Source: a virus. From it: a DNA stretch of 13,880 bases. The notes under the pieces were generated by a model that was not told the DNA's origin, searched no databases, and was given only the letters and a program-made list of their open reading frames with translations. Each line of letters opens with the position of its first letter. Position 1 is the first letter of the stretch. The stretch lies in UHGV virus genome UHGV-1775278; one strand, given 5' to 3'. The translations under genes were made by a program, and so were the position numbers. Positions 13,305 to 13,880 of this stretch are shown in pieces.

Positions 13305-13880
13305 TCATCCCCTAAATCCCGCAGGGATTAACCAATCCTCACGGTCAAATTCAGACCGATAGCCACGCTGTTTCATCAGGTCAAAGGCTTCACCAATGGT
13401 TGCACACCCCTGGGAGCCAGAATAATCCATTGAGAAATCCAAGGCACTGGATTGTTTAGGCTTATTCACTGCGGTAGCGGCACTACGTATCCATGCAAAT
13501 TTTTTTGCCAGCTTTTCAGCGGTACGATACAGAGCCTGCCGTTTTGTGTGCCCCTCGTCTGAACGACGCTTTGCAGCTCTCGCTTTTGCCGCCGCCAGGC
13601 AGTGGTTGGTATGTTCTTCCCTGATTACTGTTTTTTTATCCAGTACCCCGTTATCCGTTTGAGAACTATCTGCTGGTGAAGCCTTTGGCTGAACCGCGCA
13701 TGATCTTTCTCTTCTTTTGGCTATAGAGTGACTCTTATTTTCTATTGGCTGTTCATTTTGAACATGGGGGGACTTGTTCAATTTGAACAGGGGGTTCCCA
13801 GTTTCAAAAAAATAACGAACCTTTGAAATCAACTGCTTAACCAGTTTTGTGGCGTTGGCAAATTTGATGCCCTGCTTACC
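13305..13880 (-). CDS. Hypothetical protein, 5' end outside the window (partial)
   Basis: The minus-strand frame is open from the window edge to the TGA at 13305-13307; the ORF-track TTG at 13832 is probably internal. Basic, Ala/Lys/Arg-rich middle region. No family recognised. Confidence 0.5.
   Translation of the reverse strand, partial: GKQGIKFANATKLVKQLISKVRYFFETGNPLFKLNKSPHVQNEQPIENKSHSIAKRRERSCAVQPKASPADSSQTDNGVLDKKTVIREEHTNHCLAAAKARAAKRRSDEGHTKRQALYRTAEKLAKKFAWIRSAATAVNKPKQSSALDFSMDYSGSQGCATIGEAFDLMKQRGYRSEFDREDWLIPAGFRG

Noticed and set aside
13314-13330. Inverted repeat AATCCC gca GGGATT at the 3' end of the partial gene
   Set aside because: Lies inside the coding sequence just before the stop, with no U-tract; most likely coincidental or a minor RNA-stability hairpin.
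1-13880. Looked for CRISPR arrays, insertion sequences and rRNA genes
   Set aside because: No regularly spaced direct repeats, no transposase-like ORF flanked by terminal inverted repeats, and no rRNA-like conserved stretches were seen by eye. tRNAs were not systematically searched for; no candidate was noticed, and a tRNA scan is needed to exclude small ones.

Overview
The window is a gene-dense, almost entirely minus-strand accessory region that looks phage or phage-plasmid derived (inference from gene content). It is dominated by one giant 2318-aa ORF (3731-10687, minus) with an N-terminal N6-adenine methyltransferase domain and a central SNF2-like helicase core, an architecture like the capsid-packaged anti-restriction protein DarB of phage P1. 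Around it are small unknown genes that look translationally coupled to it, a VRR-NUC nuclease operon, two paralogous 66-aa proteins (tentatively DUF2829/Tad2-like) at the 3' ends of two operons, a Rha-family regulator, a lone plus-strand Cys/His hydrolase (lysin candidate) and a 406-aa coiled-coil protein. The signals I would look at first are: (1) a conserved element TTTTCTAACA (TGTTAGAAAA on the coding strand) present five times, only in non-coding DNA at the heads of minus-strand units; (2) twelve Chi octamers in 13.9 kb, nine on the minus strand; (3) strong palindromes in the divergent control region at 11010-11243. No rRNA, CRISPR array or transposase was seen; tRNAs were not systematically searched for and none was noticed. 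All family assignments come from reading motifs by eye and need HMM or BLAST confirmation.
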